A DNA stretch of 64,000 nucleotides from Azolla caroliniana (lineage: Eukaryota > Plantae > Polypodiophyta), in assembly GCA_043228905.1 (NCBI GenBank), contig JBHGNT010000014.1, positions 17,050,001-17,114,000 on the forward strand. Reading direction: 5' to 3'. The first letter of the stretch is position 1. Each line of letters starts with the position of its first letter. The translations under genes were made by a program, and so were the position numbers. A model generated the notes under the pieces. The model was not told the origin of the DNA, made no database searches, and worked only from the letters and a program-made list of their open reading frames with translations. Shown here piece by piece: positions 23,555 to 36,903 of the stretch.

Positions 23555-26500
23555 TGTCGTGTTGTTGCGCTCTCGCGTGTGAAATGAGGCGGGACCGCAG
23601 GGGCCTTGAACCAAGGAGCGTGAGATAGAAGAGGGAGAGCGATTCACAGAAACACAGGGAGAGAGACGATTCAATTACAATGTCAACAACGATTACAACC
23701 GGTAAACCGGCAACAGACCCAAAACGAAGGTCCCACGCACACACACGAACGACACAGAGGATGCACGGTGGAGCCTCTGCTAGAAGCATACGGGCTTACA
23801 CGCAGCAGAGGCAACCGACACAGAAACGTAGTGGAGAGCAAAGGTTGAGGAGGAGAGAGCTCGGACCCCAGTTCCACAACACTTCGTCCTCACCAAAACG
23901 CGCTCCCTTCTTCTTCTTCTCCCCTCCCTTTTATAGGTCGCCGAGGAGACCGTTACATCAAAACACATCAACTTTATTCTCTGTCCTTTCAGACAGGGAT
24001 ACACATCGATTCCCTAGACCATTAATACCCTTCCTAGTACATATGTACATAAGCCGATCTATTCCTAGCTATGTACAATTCATAAACACACACACACACG
24101 AAAAGGATTGGGTCACGCCTCCTCTTGATTCCTCCTAGGGGTGGTTTTCTCCATGACATCCACCCCCAGCAAACCGCACGTCCACCGGTACATGCCAGGT
24201 AGGAACAACCTTGGTGGAAACCGGCCCTAGTTCACTCGTCGTTTTCCGAACCCTCGCCTTCCCCGATTCGGGCATCGCTAACGCCATCGCTCACCAGGTC
24301 CGGTTCGTCCTCGTGTTGCTTCTTGAACATCTTGACCCTCTTTCCGGCCACCGGTACCGCTATCCACGTCCCATCGAGCTCCGCGAGATGATACGTGCCG
24401 TTGTTCGCGCTTGTCACCGTGTAGGGCCCGAACCATCTCCTCGCAAACTTACGCACCGCCTTGTGTTGATTATCAAGGCTGTTGTCGTACACCAACACCC
24501 AGTCACCTTCCTCGATCTTCTTCGGTCTCAACTGGTGTGTTCGGTCGAATCGGCCTTTGTTCCTTTCGCACATCGTACGCAGCTTCGCCATCGCCTTCCC
24601 CACGTCCTTCGGTCGTCGCTCGAGTTGTCAAATCCACGCCGCCAGCAACTCTTCTCGGCTCATCTCATTCTTCCAATCCACCGCGACCCATGAAGCGATC
24701 GCCTGTTCTACCGACATAATCGGTTTTTGCCCATACAACAACTCCGCCGGCATGAACCTGTCACCGAACTGTGCGTAGTCCGGTCCGCCCACAACACATA
24801 GGGTAGAAGCCGCGACCAATTCCCGACCTGCCCTTCACACGCTCGTACCAAAGCCTTCACGATCGGTCCGTGTCCGCGTTCTACCTTCCCGTTTGCCTCC
24901 GGGTTGTACGCCGTAGTGAGGGAGAGCTTGACCCCTAACCGGTCGAACAACTCCTCAGCTTCCTGCGTGTCCGGCTCTCCCGATCCGCCACGATTCTCCC
25001 TACGCATCCGTACCGGCACACTACCTCTTTGATTAGGAACCGGCTTGAAGAAGTCTACGCCGACTTCCTCGTCCTCCGAAACCATGCTGTCCTCGTCATC
25101 GAACCGTGCTCTCGAAAGCATGTCGGCCATGGCGTTGTCCTTCCTGGAGATGTGCCATATCTCCGGGTTTAGGGACTTGATGTACGCGATCCACCTGAGC
25201 ATTGCCAGGTCCGGAGTCGTGCATCCAGAAATCATACTTTGAATCGGTAGGCAGTCCGTCTCGATTATTAACTCCGTCCCTATAAGATAATCTTTGTCGG
25301 CCTTAACCGCCAAAACGATACCCCATAGTTCGCGCTTAACTTGGGCATACCCTCGTTGTCGCTCCCTGAGGACCTTCGTCCCGAACCAGATCGGGAACTA
25401 CGCGCCGCTCTCGTCCTCCTGATTGATCACCCATCCGATCCCGGTCGGGCTTGTGTCAACGGTTACGTAGATGGGGATCGCCTTGCCATAAACCACCTTC
25501 CTAAGAACCGGTGTTGCGGTAAGCGCCTCCTTCAGTCTCCGGACCGACTCCGTATGCTCCTTGCCCCATTCAAATTTGCGCCCCTTCTTCAGCAACCTGT
25601 AAAGTGGTTCCGTGACGTGTGCGTAGTGCGGAATCCAGATGTGGTAGAATGCGCATGCACCCAGGAACCTCCACACCTCCGTAACCGACTTGCACTCTTC
25701 CTTCATTGCGGAGATGGCTTCTATCTTTGACAAAGATGGTTTCCGGCCGTAGGGCCCACACAGGTGACCGACCACTAGGATCTCCGATTGGCCGAACGCC
25801 GATTTCTCTCCGGAGAAGGTGAGCTGCGCGTCCTCCAACCTTTGTAGCACCTTCTCGCAGTCATTAATGTGGTCTGCGATGAACCTCCGGCATCCGTCCG
25901 GCCCAACCACCTCGTCCTTATCCTCCACCGGACATCCTTTGATCGGGATGTTGTCCAGGAATGACATGGTGATGTCCGGGATGTAGTTCCTTAGCACCTT
26001 GTTCATCGCATTCACCATGTGCGCCACCGAGTTTGTCCCTCCTTGCGGGAGGGTACACATCCGCACTAAGTCGAGAGGGGTCCGCATCGTCGTGATATCC
26101 CTGCTTTCCACGACTAGTTGGAACTGATCGTACCCCGAGTATAGATCACTGACCAAATAGATTGACCTTCCGGCGAAGGCTTCCGCGAACTCGTCTATCG
26201 TCGGTCTGATACTTGCATTACGAATGGTCACCCTGTTGACCGGTTGCAGGTCCTGAATGAAGCGCAATGTGCCGTTCTTTTTCAGCACGGTAAACCACCG
26301 ATTCGAATATGGGGTGCTCGACGGTTCGAGGATGCCCATCTCCACTTTCTGCTTCAGTAGCTCCATCAACTTCAGGATGTGAGCTCTGGGTACCAGAATC
26401 GGCTTGAGATTCCACGGCACATTCGGCACTGTGAATATCACCATCGGCTCCTCGATCATCGGGTCTGCGCACCCGATCTCCTCCGGTGAGAATGTGAAGG

Positions 26501-29500
26501 CTTTCCCGTGCCTTCCGAGCATCCTCCGAAACTGGTCCTCCTCTGCCGGCAGTAGAAACCCACCCCCACCGACCTTGAGCTCCCGTAGCGTCATGTCGGT
26601 GAATCGGTGCCCTATGCCGACCGGTTGGTGTAAACTTGGGTCCGATGCAACCCCCTTTACCCGCTCTCTGTTGCCCTCCGGCAAGGGTGCTGCGACCGGC
26701 CTCACCTTCCGGTCCATAGTCTTGTACCTGGTATCCACGCGGGCCGTCCAACCGGACCCGACCCTTTCCCCGAAGTCAGTGATGACTTCGTACATCTCCA
26801 CTGAACTAATCAGAATGTCCCGGTCTTCACTAAGGCCTCCTTCGACAACCTCGCGTAATTCCCCCAGGGTGTCATCGAAGGAGACCGCCTCCATGGCACT
26901 GCCAATCTCTTCGCCGGGGCCAAGGACCCCGAGTGCCCTGAGTCTTTCTTCCGCCCGCTTCTTTTCCCGGCCGCTGATGCCGGCTATGGTACAACCTCCG
27001 TTATCGGAGAACCAAAATTTTCTACCTGTGGTACACGTGTGGGGTTCTTCCGGGGTGTCCGGACTATCGTGGCCCCACGCCTTGGTAGCCCTCTCTAAAA
27101 ATCCCCTCGGCTCTCGCCGCGGAGGGTCTCCCGATTACGCTCATGGTTCGGCCTCACCGTCAAGAATTGAACGGAGCGCTATTCGTCCTGGCTCTTCACG
27201 CGCGCGTACGCCGATCCGTTGTCAAGCACCTTCGTTTCCATCCGTACCGCCGTAATGTATGGCTCGCCGAGTATCACCAGGTGCAAGGAGGTCTCTTGCA
27301 CAAAGAAGTGTTGATCTATCTCAACGTTGCCGATCTTTACACGTACATTCGGGCACGCACCATGCAGCTCCTCGGTAGCGCGTGTCGTCGCGCGTATCTT
27401 CCACCTGTGTTTGGTGTTGATCGACCACTTCCCCTTTTTGTAGAAGTCCATGCACATCAGGTTGAGCTCCGAGCCGTGGTATATCAATGCCACCACCTGC
27501 TCCTGCACGTCCCCAACCTTGACAGGGGTCTCCGTGGTGGCCCTGGCCCAATGTGGCTTCGCGTAGTAGTTGTCCGTTAACTCATCCTCTAGGGCCGTGT
27601 CTTTTAGGTGTGTCGTCCGCACCTCCACGGGCTTCTTTGGCTCTGGCTCCGTCGAGAGCTGCTTCTGCTTCACCAAGTCCACAATGGAGTCATGGAACTC
27701 CTTCTTGGCGATTCCGAGCACCTCCCTCAACGACAACTCCACCTTGCTGTCGAAAATCCGCTCCTCGAGGACCTTCCGCAGGTCCGTTGACCTCTCAATC
27801 TCCGTGCTCAGCCGGTAACCGGCCCTTTTCGTTTTATCTAGCACCCCGATGTTGCCAACATCGTTCTGCTTTGGTCTGAACCGGGTCTCATACCGTTGTG
27901 AGGGACTGACGCCCCCAACCCTTCCCGCGCGCTTGTCTTCTACCAGAACCTCGTAGTTCTGGCATGCGGCTTCCATGAAGCCAGTCTTTTCTTCAACCGG
28001 ATCGTCCCATCCGGTGACCTCCCAGATAGTTGTTCTGCACGGTCTGCCTCCTCCTTCTTTAGCCGTACCCCGGAGAGGCCTTCCAACACCAATGGTCAGA
28101 ATCCGGAGTCTTTCGCCTTCCGGCCCTCGTCGCCCTTGACCCGGATACCCGTTGATGCGGAGTAGTAGGCGACCTCTGCATGTCACTGCGGCTTCTTCCA
28201 TCAAGCGCTTCATCCCGCCACGCCCGGTGTTCAACTCTAGGGCTTTCCACGTGTCGTCGGTATGCACCCACCCATTCCAGAGGTACACCACGTTGGCCCG
28301 GAGTGCCTCTACGAAATCTGCACATTGTTTCCAGATGTGACCAACCGCGTCACACCACATGCATCGCTGCCCCGTCAGCGGCCTCCGGTCACGAGGTTGA
28401 TCGCCGTTGTCCCTCCGTGCTTGTGCGATCTGGAGGTCGTGCACCATTTGCGTAAGCTCTTCTAGAGCCGCTCCTCTGGAAGAGCCTTGGACCACTCCAC
28501 TCGAGGCTAGGCCCGTCTCGAGCCAATTCCGAGTCTCTTCCTTCCCAGCCGACACCGATATTGGCTCCTCGAGCTTCCTCGCCGGGACCGGCCCCGACGT
28601 TGTCGAGCCCTCATCGCTCCACTCGTGCCGCTTGTCAAAGCGGGCGCAGACCCCTTTGACCACTACCCAATTGGCCGTGAGGCCGTCATCCGTCTCCAAT
28701 AGGAGAGCCACCTTCTCCCAATCGAGTGCGTGCACCGACTTGACCAACAGCAAGACCCTACTCGTGTCGAGCACGGTCCCATCCAGCGCCGATAGCCTAG
28801 CGAATCTTTGTTCAAATTCCTGAGGAGCACCGATGCGTTCCTCCCCTTTCCAGGGCTCTCAACCCAAGCCATGAAGTCCCGCTTTGATAGCCGAAGCGAA
28901 TGGTCGTACCCGTACTTGTCGAGGAGCCACCCCTCGAGCTCCACCCAAGCCTGGGCAGCACCTCGAGCACCTCCGCGTGGATGCTCAGCGTCACCACTCG
29001 AGGGAATCCGGACAACCGTCCGTCCTCCGAGATGTCCCTCATGATCATTTCGGCCCGATAGGCCTCTAAATAGCTCGTGGCATTCTTCCCACCGAATCGG
29101 CCTATGGTGCCGACAATCAATTCTACGGCTCTATCAAGGGCACCCGTTACCTCACCAACACTCACTAGCCGGTTGACGGCTACTGCCATAGCTTCAACAA
29201 GCTCGGATTCCCTCATCTTCAACTCCTTTGCCGCCTTCTTTCACGTTCGGTTCACCAAATTATGTCGTGTTACGCTCTCGCGTGTGAAATGAGGTGAGAC
29301 CGCGGGGGCCCTGAACCAAGGAGCATGAGATAGAAGAGGGAGAGCGATTCACAGAAACACAGGGAGAGAGACGATTCAATTACAATGTCAACAACGATTA
29401 CAATCGGTAAACCGGCAACAGACCCAAAACAGAGGTCCCACGCAGACACACGAACGACACAGAGGACGCACGGTGGAACCTTTGCTGGAAGCACACGGGC

Positions 29501-29866
29501 TTACACACAGCAGAGGCAACCGACACAGAAACGTAGTGGAGAGCAAAGGTTGAGGAGGAGAGAGCTTGGTCCCCAGTCCAACAACACTTTGTCCTCGCCA
29601 AAACGCGCTCCCTTCTTCTTCTTCTCCCCTCCCTTTTATAGGTCGCCGAGGAGACCGTTACATCAAAACACATCAACTTTATTCTTTTTCCTTTCAGACA
29701 GGGATACACATCGATTCCCTAGACAATTAATACCCTTTCTAGTATATATGTACATCAACCGATCTATTCCTAGCTATGTACAATTCATAGATAAACACGC
29801 GCGCGAAAAGGATTGGGTCACGCCTCCTCCTCTTGATTTCTCCTAGGGGCAATTTTCTCCACGACA
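23555..29866 (-). mobile_element. Element B: Trp-primed gypsy, degenerate, with an integrase deletion; inserted 8 bp inside the element A LTR end
   Basis: 604-bp LTRs at 23555-24158 and 29263-29866. PBS at 29241-29257. gag/PR, RT-RH and INT remnants homologous to C, D and E1. Flanks GCGG / TTGC do not form a clean TSD. Confidence 0.92.
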
Positions 29867-30688
29867 TTGCTATTCCGCGGGTACGTGTAGGAAGCGGCGG
29901 GACTAGGGGGGTCTCGGACGAGGAAGAGATGGGTGTCGAGAGGCCGACTTCACTAGTTGTGGCGCAAACCGGAGCAACTCCGGATGTGTACCGGCGGCTA
30001 CCGAACAAGAGAGAGGAAGAGAGAGAGAGAGAGAGACCATGCGCGCAACACCGACTAAACACACGCCTCTTATGTACAAGAAACAAAGGGAAAGAAGCAC
30101 ACCCGACACCAACAGAGACACAAATGTGCACAACCTTTTATGTATATAAATACAGGAGCAAGATACAACTCCGGCTTCGAGCCGGAGTGCCGCTGTCTGT
30201 CACCAAGCCGTTGATTAGGGAGCTCTCGGGCTCGTCGCGCCGAGCGGGGTCTTGCACAGGAGATAGGGCAGAAGCCTAAACCCCTTTAGTAATACGAGCT
30301 CCTAACCGGACTAAACCCTAAACAACATGAAGAATCAACCCACATGACGACGAAGGAGAAGACCTCCAAGAAACCCTAATAGAAATTAAGAAAATGAAGA
30401 AGAAGAAGAAGGCCACCAAAATGAAACCCTAAAATGATAAGAATAAGAGGAAACCGTCTAGCCCTAAATCTAACGGTTTACCCTCCTAACTCAAAATGGG
30501 AGGGCGCTCCCTTCCATTTATAGAACAAGGAGAGGGATGCGTAACAATGTGGGATAAATCCCTTATTACGAGGGATCCTCTGTCTCGAATTAACTACTGT
30601 CCGGTGCCAAAATGACGGCCCTATCATTTACACAATTTGCACAAGGGTGAATGCACATGCTCCACCCCGCTGATTCTTTCGATATTCC

Positions 30689-31019
30689 ACGAAAGACAAG
30701 ACAAGATAAAACAGTAGTGCACAGAGATTTACGTGAAAACCCTAAAACGGGGAAAACCACGGGTGAACAGATTTCTTCACTATACAAAGTGGATATACAA
30801 CACTGAGAGGAATACAACACTCTGTCGAGTGTATCAGCCGCACAAGGCTCTTCGCGTTTGTTGTTTACAAGTATAGTCTCCCGAGTTTGCTATTTACACG
30901 ATTCCGGTTTCGGCCTCGGCCGAGTTCCTCATCAACTTGGCTCTTGTTTTCCGACTCTTCGACTGTCGGCTTTCCGAACATTCGGATCATCCTCCCACTA
31001 GAGGGACATATTCCCAACA
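30689..31019 (-). mobile_element. Truncated Tork-type copia LTR
   Basis: GATTTACGTGAAAACCC..GGGGAAAACCACGG motif and end GAGGGACATATTCCCAACA. No adjacent PPT. Left end fused to the element A LTR. Confidence 0.7.
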
Positions 31020-31199
31020 ATTTGTTGCGATCCTGTAGTGTGCGTGCTTCCCCATTGGCCGTTCCGTCGACCGCATGCACGCTTCTCGTTCCTTCGGATA
31101 CGCGGTGTCCTCTGTCTGAGGAGCACCCGTGATGGCATGCTTGGTCTCCATTGGCCTTCACGTCATCCCGATTCTCATTCCACGCTGATCTCGACCGCC

Positions 31200-31965
31200 T
31201 TCGTCCCCTCGCCACCACCTACCTTCTCCTTGGTCTTACGTTGCCACGACAGTCGAACTGCCAAGGTCTCTGGAACCAGTGTGGAGGATCCCTCTTCGGC
31301 CTTCTATGCGAGATCACTTGGACTGGCAACCCATCTTCGCGCCTGTATTCCCGCTCTGGCACCTCCGTGTGCCGCGCATCCCCTTCTCGTGTTTGGCACC
31401 ACCTGTTCCAAACTCCGATTACTCCCCATGCACGCGTTGTCGGCCCTCACCTAGCCAGATCGTGCATCTCCACTTCTCCGCATAGTGGTGTCTCTAGGTC
31501 TCACGTCGGCTCTCGGGCCGACCACTAGAGTCTCCGAATCAGTGTGAGGATCGCCATAGGATCGCCCATCCACTGCCTTTGCCCTCGTCCCCTCGCCACC
31601 ACCGTCAGTCTCTTGGTCTTACTTTGGCTCCGCTGCCGACTGCCGAAGTCTCTAGATCCGGTGTGAAGGATCCTCCTTGGGCCTCCTATCTTTCTTGGCT
31701 GTTCCCCGGGCCTTCTCCGCAAGTCGAGAGGGTGGCTTGCTCCACACCCTCTCCTGTGGTACCATCGTACAATGTTCGTGGCCTCTCCGTAGGCCTGCTT
31801 CCTCCTTCCGGATCGGTCATCCGGAAGTCCGCTTCCCAAGTTCTCGTCCGGGTCCGTCTGTCACTCTCTGGATTGCCGGGTCCCGTTCTCCTGCCGCCAC
31901 CATCAGTATCTTGGTCCTACGTCAGATCCAATGCCGACCGCCGAAGTCTCTAGCCCAGTGTGAGG
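31200..31965. repeat. Three degenerate ~90-bp GC-rich modules in probable non-coding internal sequence of element A
   Basis: CGCCACCA..CTTGGTC.TAC..GCC.A.GTCTCT.G..CC.GTGTG.AGG at ~31201, ~31585 and ~31893, plus a partial copy at ~31527. Confidence 0.6.
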
Positions 31966-32398
31966 TGACCTATAGGACCGGTCTTTGTTCCACCGCTTTC
32001 GGATCGGTTGTATTGGTCGTGATCTCCGTGTCCTCGCCGCTATCAAGAACAGTACTAAGATTGAGAAGGAATTAGTACTAAAAGAAGTATTAGTACTAAG
32101 AGAGGTGAAGAACTCTCAAGAGAAGGAAAGAGTGAGTGAGAGGGAAGGAGAGAGAGATCGAGAGAGAGAGAGAGAGTGATGATAAGAAAAGATATATATT
32201 ATGTGAAGAGAATGTACAGTAGTAGCTAGGAGGCTTAAGACTGGCGTTGAACCGATTTGGTTCGAAATAATGCCTTGTGCCTCCTTTTATAGTGTTCTAA
32301 GGAATACTCCTGAAGTTTCTAGAATGTTCCAGAGAAATATAGAATATACATCAATTTTCTATAATAAAAAATAAATGAAAATAATATTTTACGTATTA

Positions 32399-32470
32399 CA
32401 ATGTATAGTCTAATGGTCAAGAGCTCGACCCATGTAGCATAAGGTCATGGGTTTGAGTCTTGTCATATCA
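32399..32470 (+). other. tRNA-like Pol III A-box/B-box module at the U3 end of the chromovirus LTR, antisense to the element
   Basis: TAGTCTAATGGTCAAGAG (A box / D arm), 17-nt arm, AGGTC, ATGGG-TTTGAGT-CTTGT (T arm / B box). The acceptor and anticodon stems do not pair, so it is not a functional tRNA gene. Confidence 0.6.
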
Positions 32471-34746
32471 TGACACTATCCCCCTTTTAAAACGTTACGA
32501 GTGTAACGAGTCGTTTTGGATTGAGGACCCGGTTTGTCTGGATATTGACGATGGAAGTCTTCAAGAAGAGCACGAGCATTGGTGACATTCTCTATCTGTT
32601 CCCAAGTACACTCGCTGGGACTATATCCTAGCCAATCGACTAGATAGTAGAGCTTGTTGCGAACAATCTTGGAATCAAGGATGGCGGCAACTTCGTACTC
32701 AGGTCCATCTTCAAGCTCGATTGGGGGTGGAGGCTGTGTAATACGTCCTGGGATGGTGCTCTCTTGATAGGGCTCGAGGAGAGAACTATGAAACACCGGA
32801 TGTATCCAAAGTTGCGGAGGTAGATCGAGACGAAAAGTGACATCATTAATCTTTCCTATAATACGGAAAGGACCTAATCGCCGATAATCCAACTTCTCGC
32901 ATGGGCGAGTAGTCTTGATGTGTCGTCGTAGTAGCCATACCCGATCTCCAATGTTAAAACTGGATGGGAGTCGATGGCGATCCGCATAAACCTTGTGTGT
33001 TTGTTGAGCTTGTTGGAGATGAGTAGATAAATCCGCTTGTATCTTGCGTAACCGCTCCAAACGATCCTCCGCGCAAGGATTTGTGGACACCTCTAGGGTT
33101 TCAAGTACACACCACCGGGGGTGACATCCCGTATAAGCATAAAATGGCATAACTTTAGTCGATGCGTGGATAGAGTTATTATAGGCAAATTCGGCAAAGT
33201 GGAGAATATCTGCCTAGTCATCCTGATGATAGCTGAGAAAACACCGCAGATACTGCTCCAATGTTTGGTTTGTTCGTTCGGCTTGGCTGTCGGTTTGTGG
33301 GTGGTAGCCGGAGGAGAGGTTACAAGTGACCTTGAGCATTTTAAAAAGGTGCTTCCAGAATTTTGACATGACCTGGGGTCCACGGTCGCTGATGATACTA
33401 TCGAGAAGTCCATGATGCCGACATACTTCACGCATGACAATTTCGGCGGTGTCTTCACTGGAGATTTCCTTAGTACATGGCAAGAAATGAGCCATCTTCG
33501 TATATCGATCTACCACTGTTAGAATTGCATTGAACCCCTTAGAGACTGGAAGATCTGTGATGAAGTCTAGAGCAATGGATTGCCACGACTTGCTTCGAAT
33601 TGGTAATGGTTCTAATAAACCATATGGATGATACCTTGGCATTTTCGCTTTGCAGCATGTATCACAAGTCCGAACAAAATCTTCGACAAATTGTCGCATA
33701 TGGGGCCACCAAAATGATCGTTGTACTAAATCTAATGTTTTAGTACTACCAAAATGCCCAACTGTATATGTGTCATGACAGTTTTGTACTACTTGAAGGC
33801 GGCAAGAACCATTAGGAACATACTAAAGTTCTTTAAAGAAGAGTAATCCATCATGGTATTTGAATTGCCAATAGTCCGTACCTGGTGGTTGCGACTGTGA
33901 ACATGACGCTCGAGAGGGATCAATTTGTGCTAGTATAGCTTGGGCGAAAGCATCTGTCTTCAGGTCCGCACGTATGATATTGATAACATGGGAATCCATG
34001 GGCATGCCAAAGACATGTGTTGATTGCAGTCGTGCCGGTCCCAAGATTACTTGCTTTTGGTTATCGAAAGTTTGCTCGCCGGGACACGGTGTCGTGAAGA
34101 AAACCGTCCCTTAGCGTAATCGGTGTATAGCGCGCGTGAACCGGCTTTTCACACGTGCGCGCCCTTTAATGTATATAATAGAGAATTAGGTACAAAGGTA
34201 TATCCTAGGTGGTTAGATTCGGTAGGTAGGAAGTTAATGAGGGAAACGTCTCCCTTCTTGAAGCTATAAAAGAGAGGGAGACGCGGGGAGAAAAGGGATG
34301 AAATTTATTGAGGAGGACGAAGTGTTGTCGGACCGAAGCCAGACGCTTCTCCTCTGTTCGTTCTCCATCGCTCTTCTCTGCAGGTTTTCGGGAGGCTCAC
34401 GCTGCTTTGAGGAACGCCCGTGTGCTTCCGGCAGCACCTCCATCCTATCCCCTTTCGTGCGCAGACGAGCAAGCATCGACATCTGTCTGCCGGCCTGTTC
34501 GGTTGTAACCGCTCGCGTGCTCTGTTGTTTATTTGTCATTCATTAATATACAAACATTCGTGTCTCTCTATCTATGTGTCCGTTCGTGTCTTCTGCGTTG
34601 ACAGGGCTGTGTCCCTGAGTCTCTTTGCTCATACGTAACCGAGCGTCTCTCTCTTTCTCTTTCCCGTTCTATCACCTGCTCTTTGGTTCAAGACCCCGAT
34701 GGTCCTGCCTCGTTCTCCACGCACGCGCGTAGTAACGCGACATCTT

Positions 34747-34763
34747 TGGTGAACCCGACGTGA
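34747..34763 (+). promoter_or_regulatory. Primer-binding site complementary to the 3' end of plant cytosolic tRNA-Trp
   Basis: TGGTGAACCCGACGTGA is the reverse complement of ..TCACGTCGGGTTCACCA (tRNA-Trp 3' end, recalled). Variants at 41866, 51042, 29241 (-) and 49994 (-). Confidence 0.85.
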
Positions 34764-36903
34764 ACAAGGCGTTAGAGGAGCAGAAGATGAGGGGGTCGGA
34801 TCTTGCAGAGGCCATGGCTTCGGCTGTGGACCGGATAGTGAGCGCGCGCGAGGGCATCGGCGCCCTTGACAGGGCTATTCAGGCGATGGTCGGTACGATC
34901 GGCCAGTTCAGTGGAAAGGATGCCACGAGTTATTTGGCGTCCTACCGGGCGGAGATGTTGATGAGGGATATTCCGGAAGAGAGGCGTGTTGCCGGATTCC
35001 CTCGAGTGGCGATGCCGGGCATCCATGCGGAGGTGCTCGAGGTCCGGGCGGAGAGCCGGACCTGGGAGGAGTTCGAAGTACGGCTCCTGGAAAAATACGG
35101 GCTGGATGACGCGCTTCGGCTTTCGAAGCGGGGCTTCATGGAGTGGGTAGAGTCCCCCAACAAAGGAAGAAATGCGTCGGTACTCCTCCGGGAGTTTGAG
35201 GAACGCTTTGCGCGCCTTTCGGCACTCGATCAGACCGTTCTGGACACAAGTCGTGTCCTATTGTTTGTCAAATCGGTTGACGCACGGGATCGGGAGCAAG
35301 TGGGCTCCTTATTGGAAACCGAAGACGGGCTGACGGTCGACTGGGCCGCGGTAAAAAGAGTTTGCGGCCGTTTTGACAAACGGTGGGAATGGGCTGATAC
35401 AGGGGCGACCGGGGCGGGTCCTGTCGCGGCAAGGAAGCTCAAACCGATACCACAGGCGCGAAGGGAAGAGACCCGGGAGTGGCTCGAAACTGGTTCGGCT
35501 TCGACCGGCGTGGTCAGAGGCTCGTCCGGGGGAACAACTTTGGAGGAGTTGTCACGGGCGGTAAAGGATCTCCAGATTGCCCAGGCTCGGAGGGAAGGCG
35601 GCGAACAGGCTCGTGACCGACGGCCTCCGGCAGGAAATAGGTGCATGTGGTGCGACGAGGTCGGCCACATCCGGAAAGACTGCGGGGACTTTACGGAGGC
35701 TTTGAGAAGCCGGGTAGTGTACCTGTGGGAAGGTTGGGTGCACGCCAGCGATACCCGGAGGGCCCTGAACCGAAACGACGGGCGAGGAGGAATGAAAAGG
35801 CTGATGGAAGAGGCGGCGGCCCAGCATGCGGAGACCATCCACTACTCGGCGTCAACCGGTATTCGGATCGGAGGCATCGAGGCCTGGAAGTAGAGCAAAG
35901 CCGGGTTCTGGCCGACGATGTTGGAAGGCCTCGCCGGTGCCCGACTAAGGAAAGACGAGGCGGACCGCGCGGAGAAGAGGGTCCAGGAGGTAACCGGGTG
36001 GAGTGACCCGGTCGAAGAAAAGAAGGGTTTTGTCGAAGCAGCTTGCCAAAACTACGAGGCTCTGGTTGAAGACAAACGGGTAGGTAAAACCGGAGGGGCC
36101 GGACCCTCATAGAGACACGAAACCCGATTCGGGCCGAAACGGAACGAGGCCGGTGAGACCAGTGCTTGGGATAACCACAAGAAGGGCGGATACCGGTTGG
36201 GCACGGAGATCGAAAGGACCACGGACCTACGAAAGGTCCTGGAAGAACGAATCCTCGACAGCAAGGTGGAACTGTCGTTGCGGGAGGTCCTCAGAATCGC
36301 CAAGAAGGAGTTCCACGACTCCATCGTAGACTTGGTGAAGAGGAAGAGGCTGTCGACGGAGACAGAACCGGAAAGGCCGGTGGAGGTGCGGACGACGCAC
36401 ATAGAGGACATGGCGTTGGAAGACGAGTGGGCGGAGAGCCACTATTCGAGGCCACACTGGGCCCGAGCGACCACGGAAACACCGGTGAAGATCGGAGATG
36501 TTCAAGAACCGGTGGTGGCGCTGGTGGACCACGGTTCGGAAATAAACCTGATGTCCATGGACTTCTACAAGAAGGGGAAATGGCCGGTCAACACCAAGCA
36601 CGGGTGGAAGATACGGGCGGTGACGTGCGCCACCGAGGAACTACACGGGGCCTGCCCAAACGTGTGAGTCAAGATCGGCGACGTCGAGATAGACCAACAC
36701 TTCTTTGTGCAGGAGACGTCCTCGCACCCGGTCATACTGGGAGAACCATACATTACGGCAGCACAGATGGAGACCAAGGTGCTGGACAACGGGTTGGCTT
36801 ACGCGAGGGTCAAGAGTCAGGACGAGCGTCATTCGTTCCAGTTCCTAACGGTGCGACCGAACCACGAGCGAAACCGCGAGTCCCTCGGTGGCGAGAACCA
36901 AGA

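Noticed and set aside
29867-29870. TSD for element B
   Set aside because: The right flank TTGC does not match the left flank GCGG. Only the left flank was used for the CG-target argument.
32399-32470. Functional tRNA gene
   Set aside because: The acceptor and anticodon stems do not pair. It is reported only as a tRNA-derived module.
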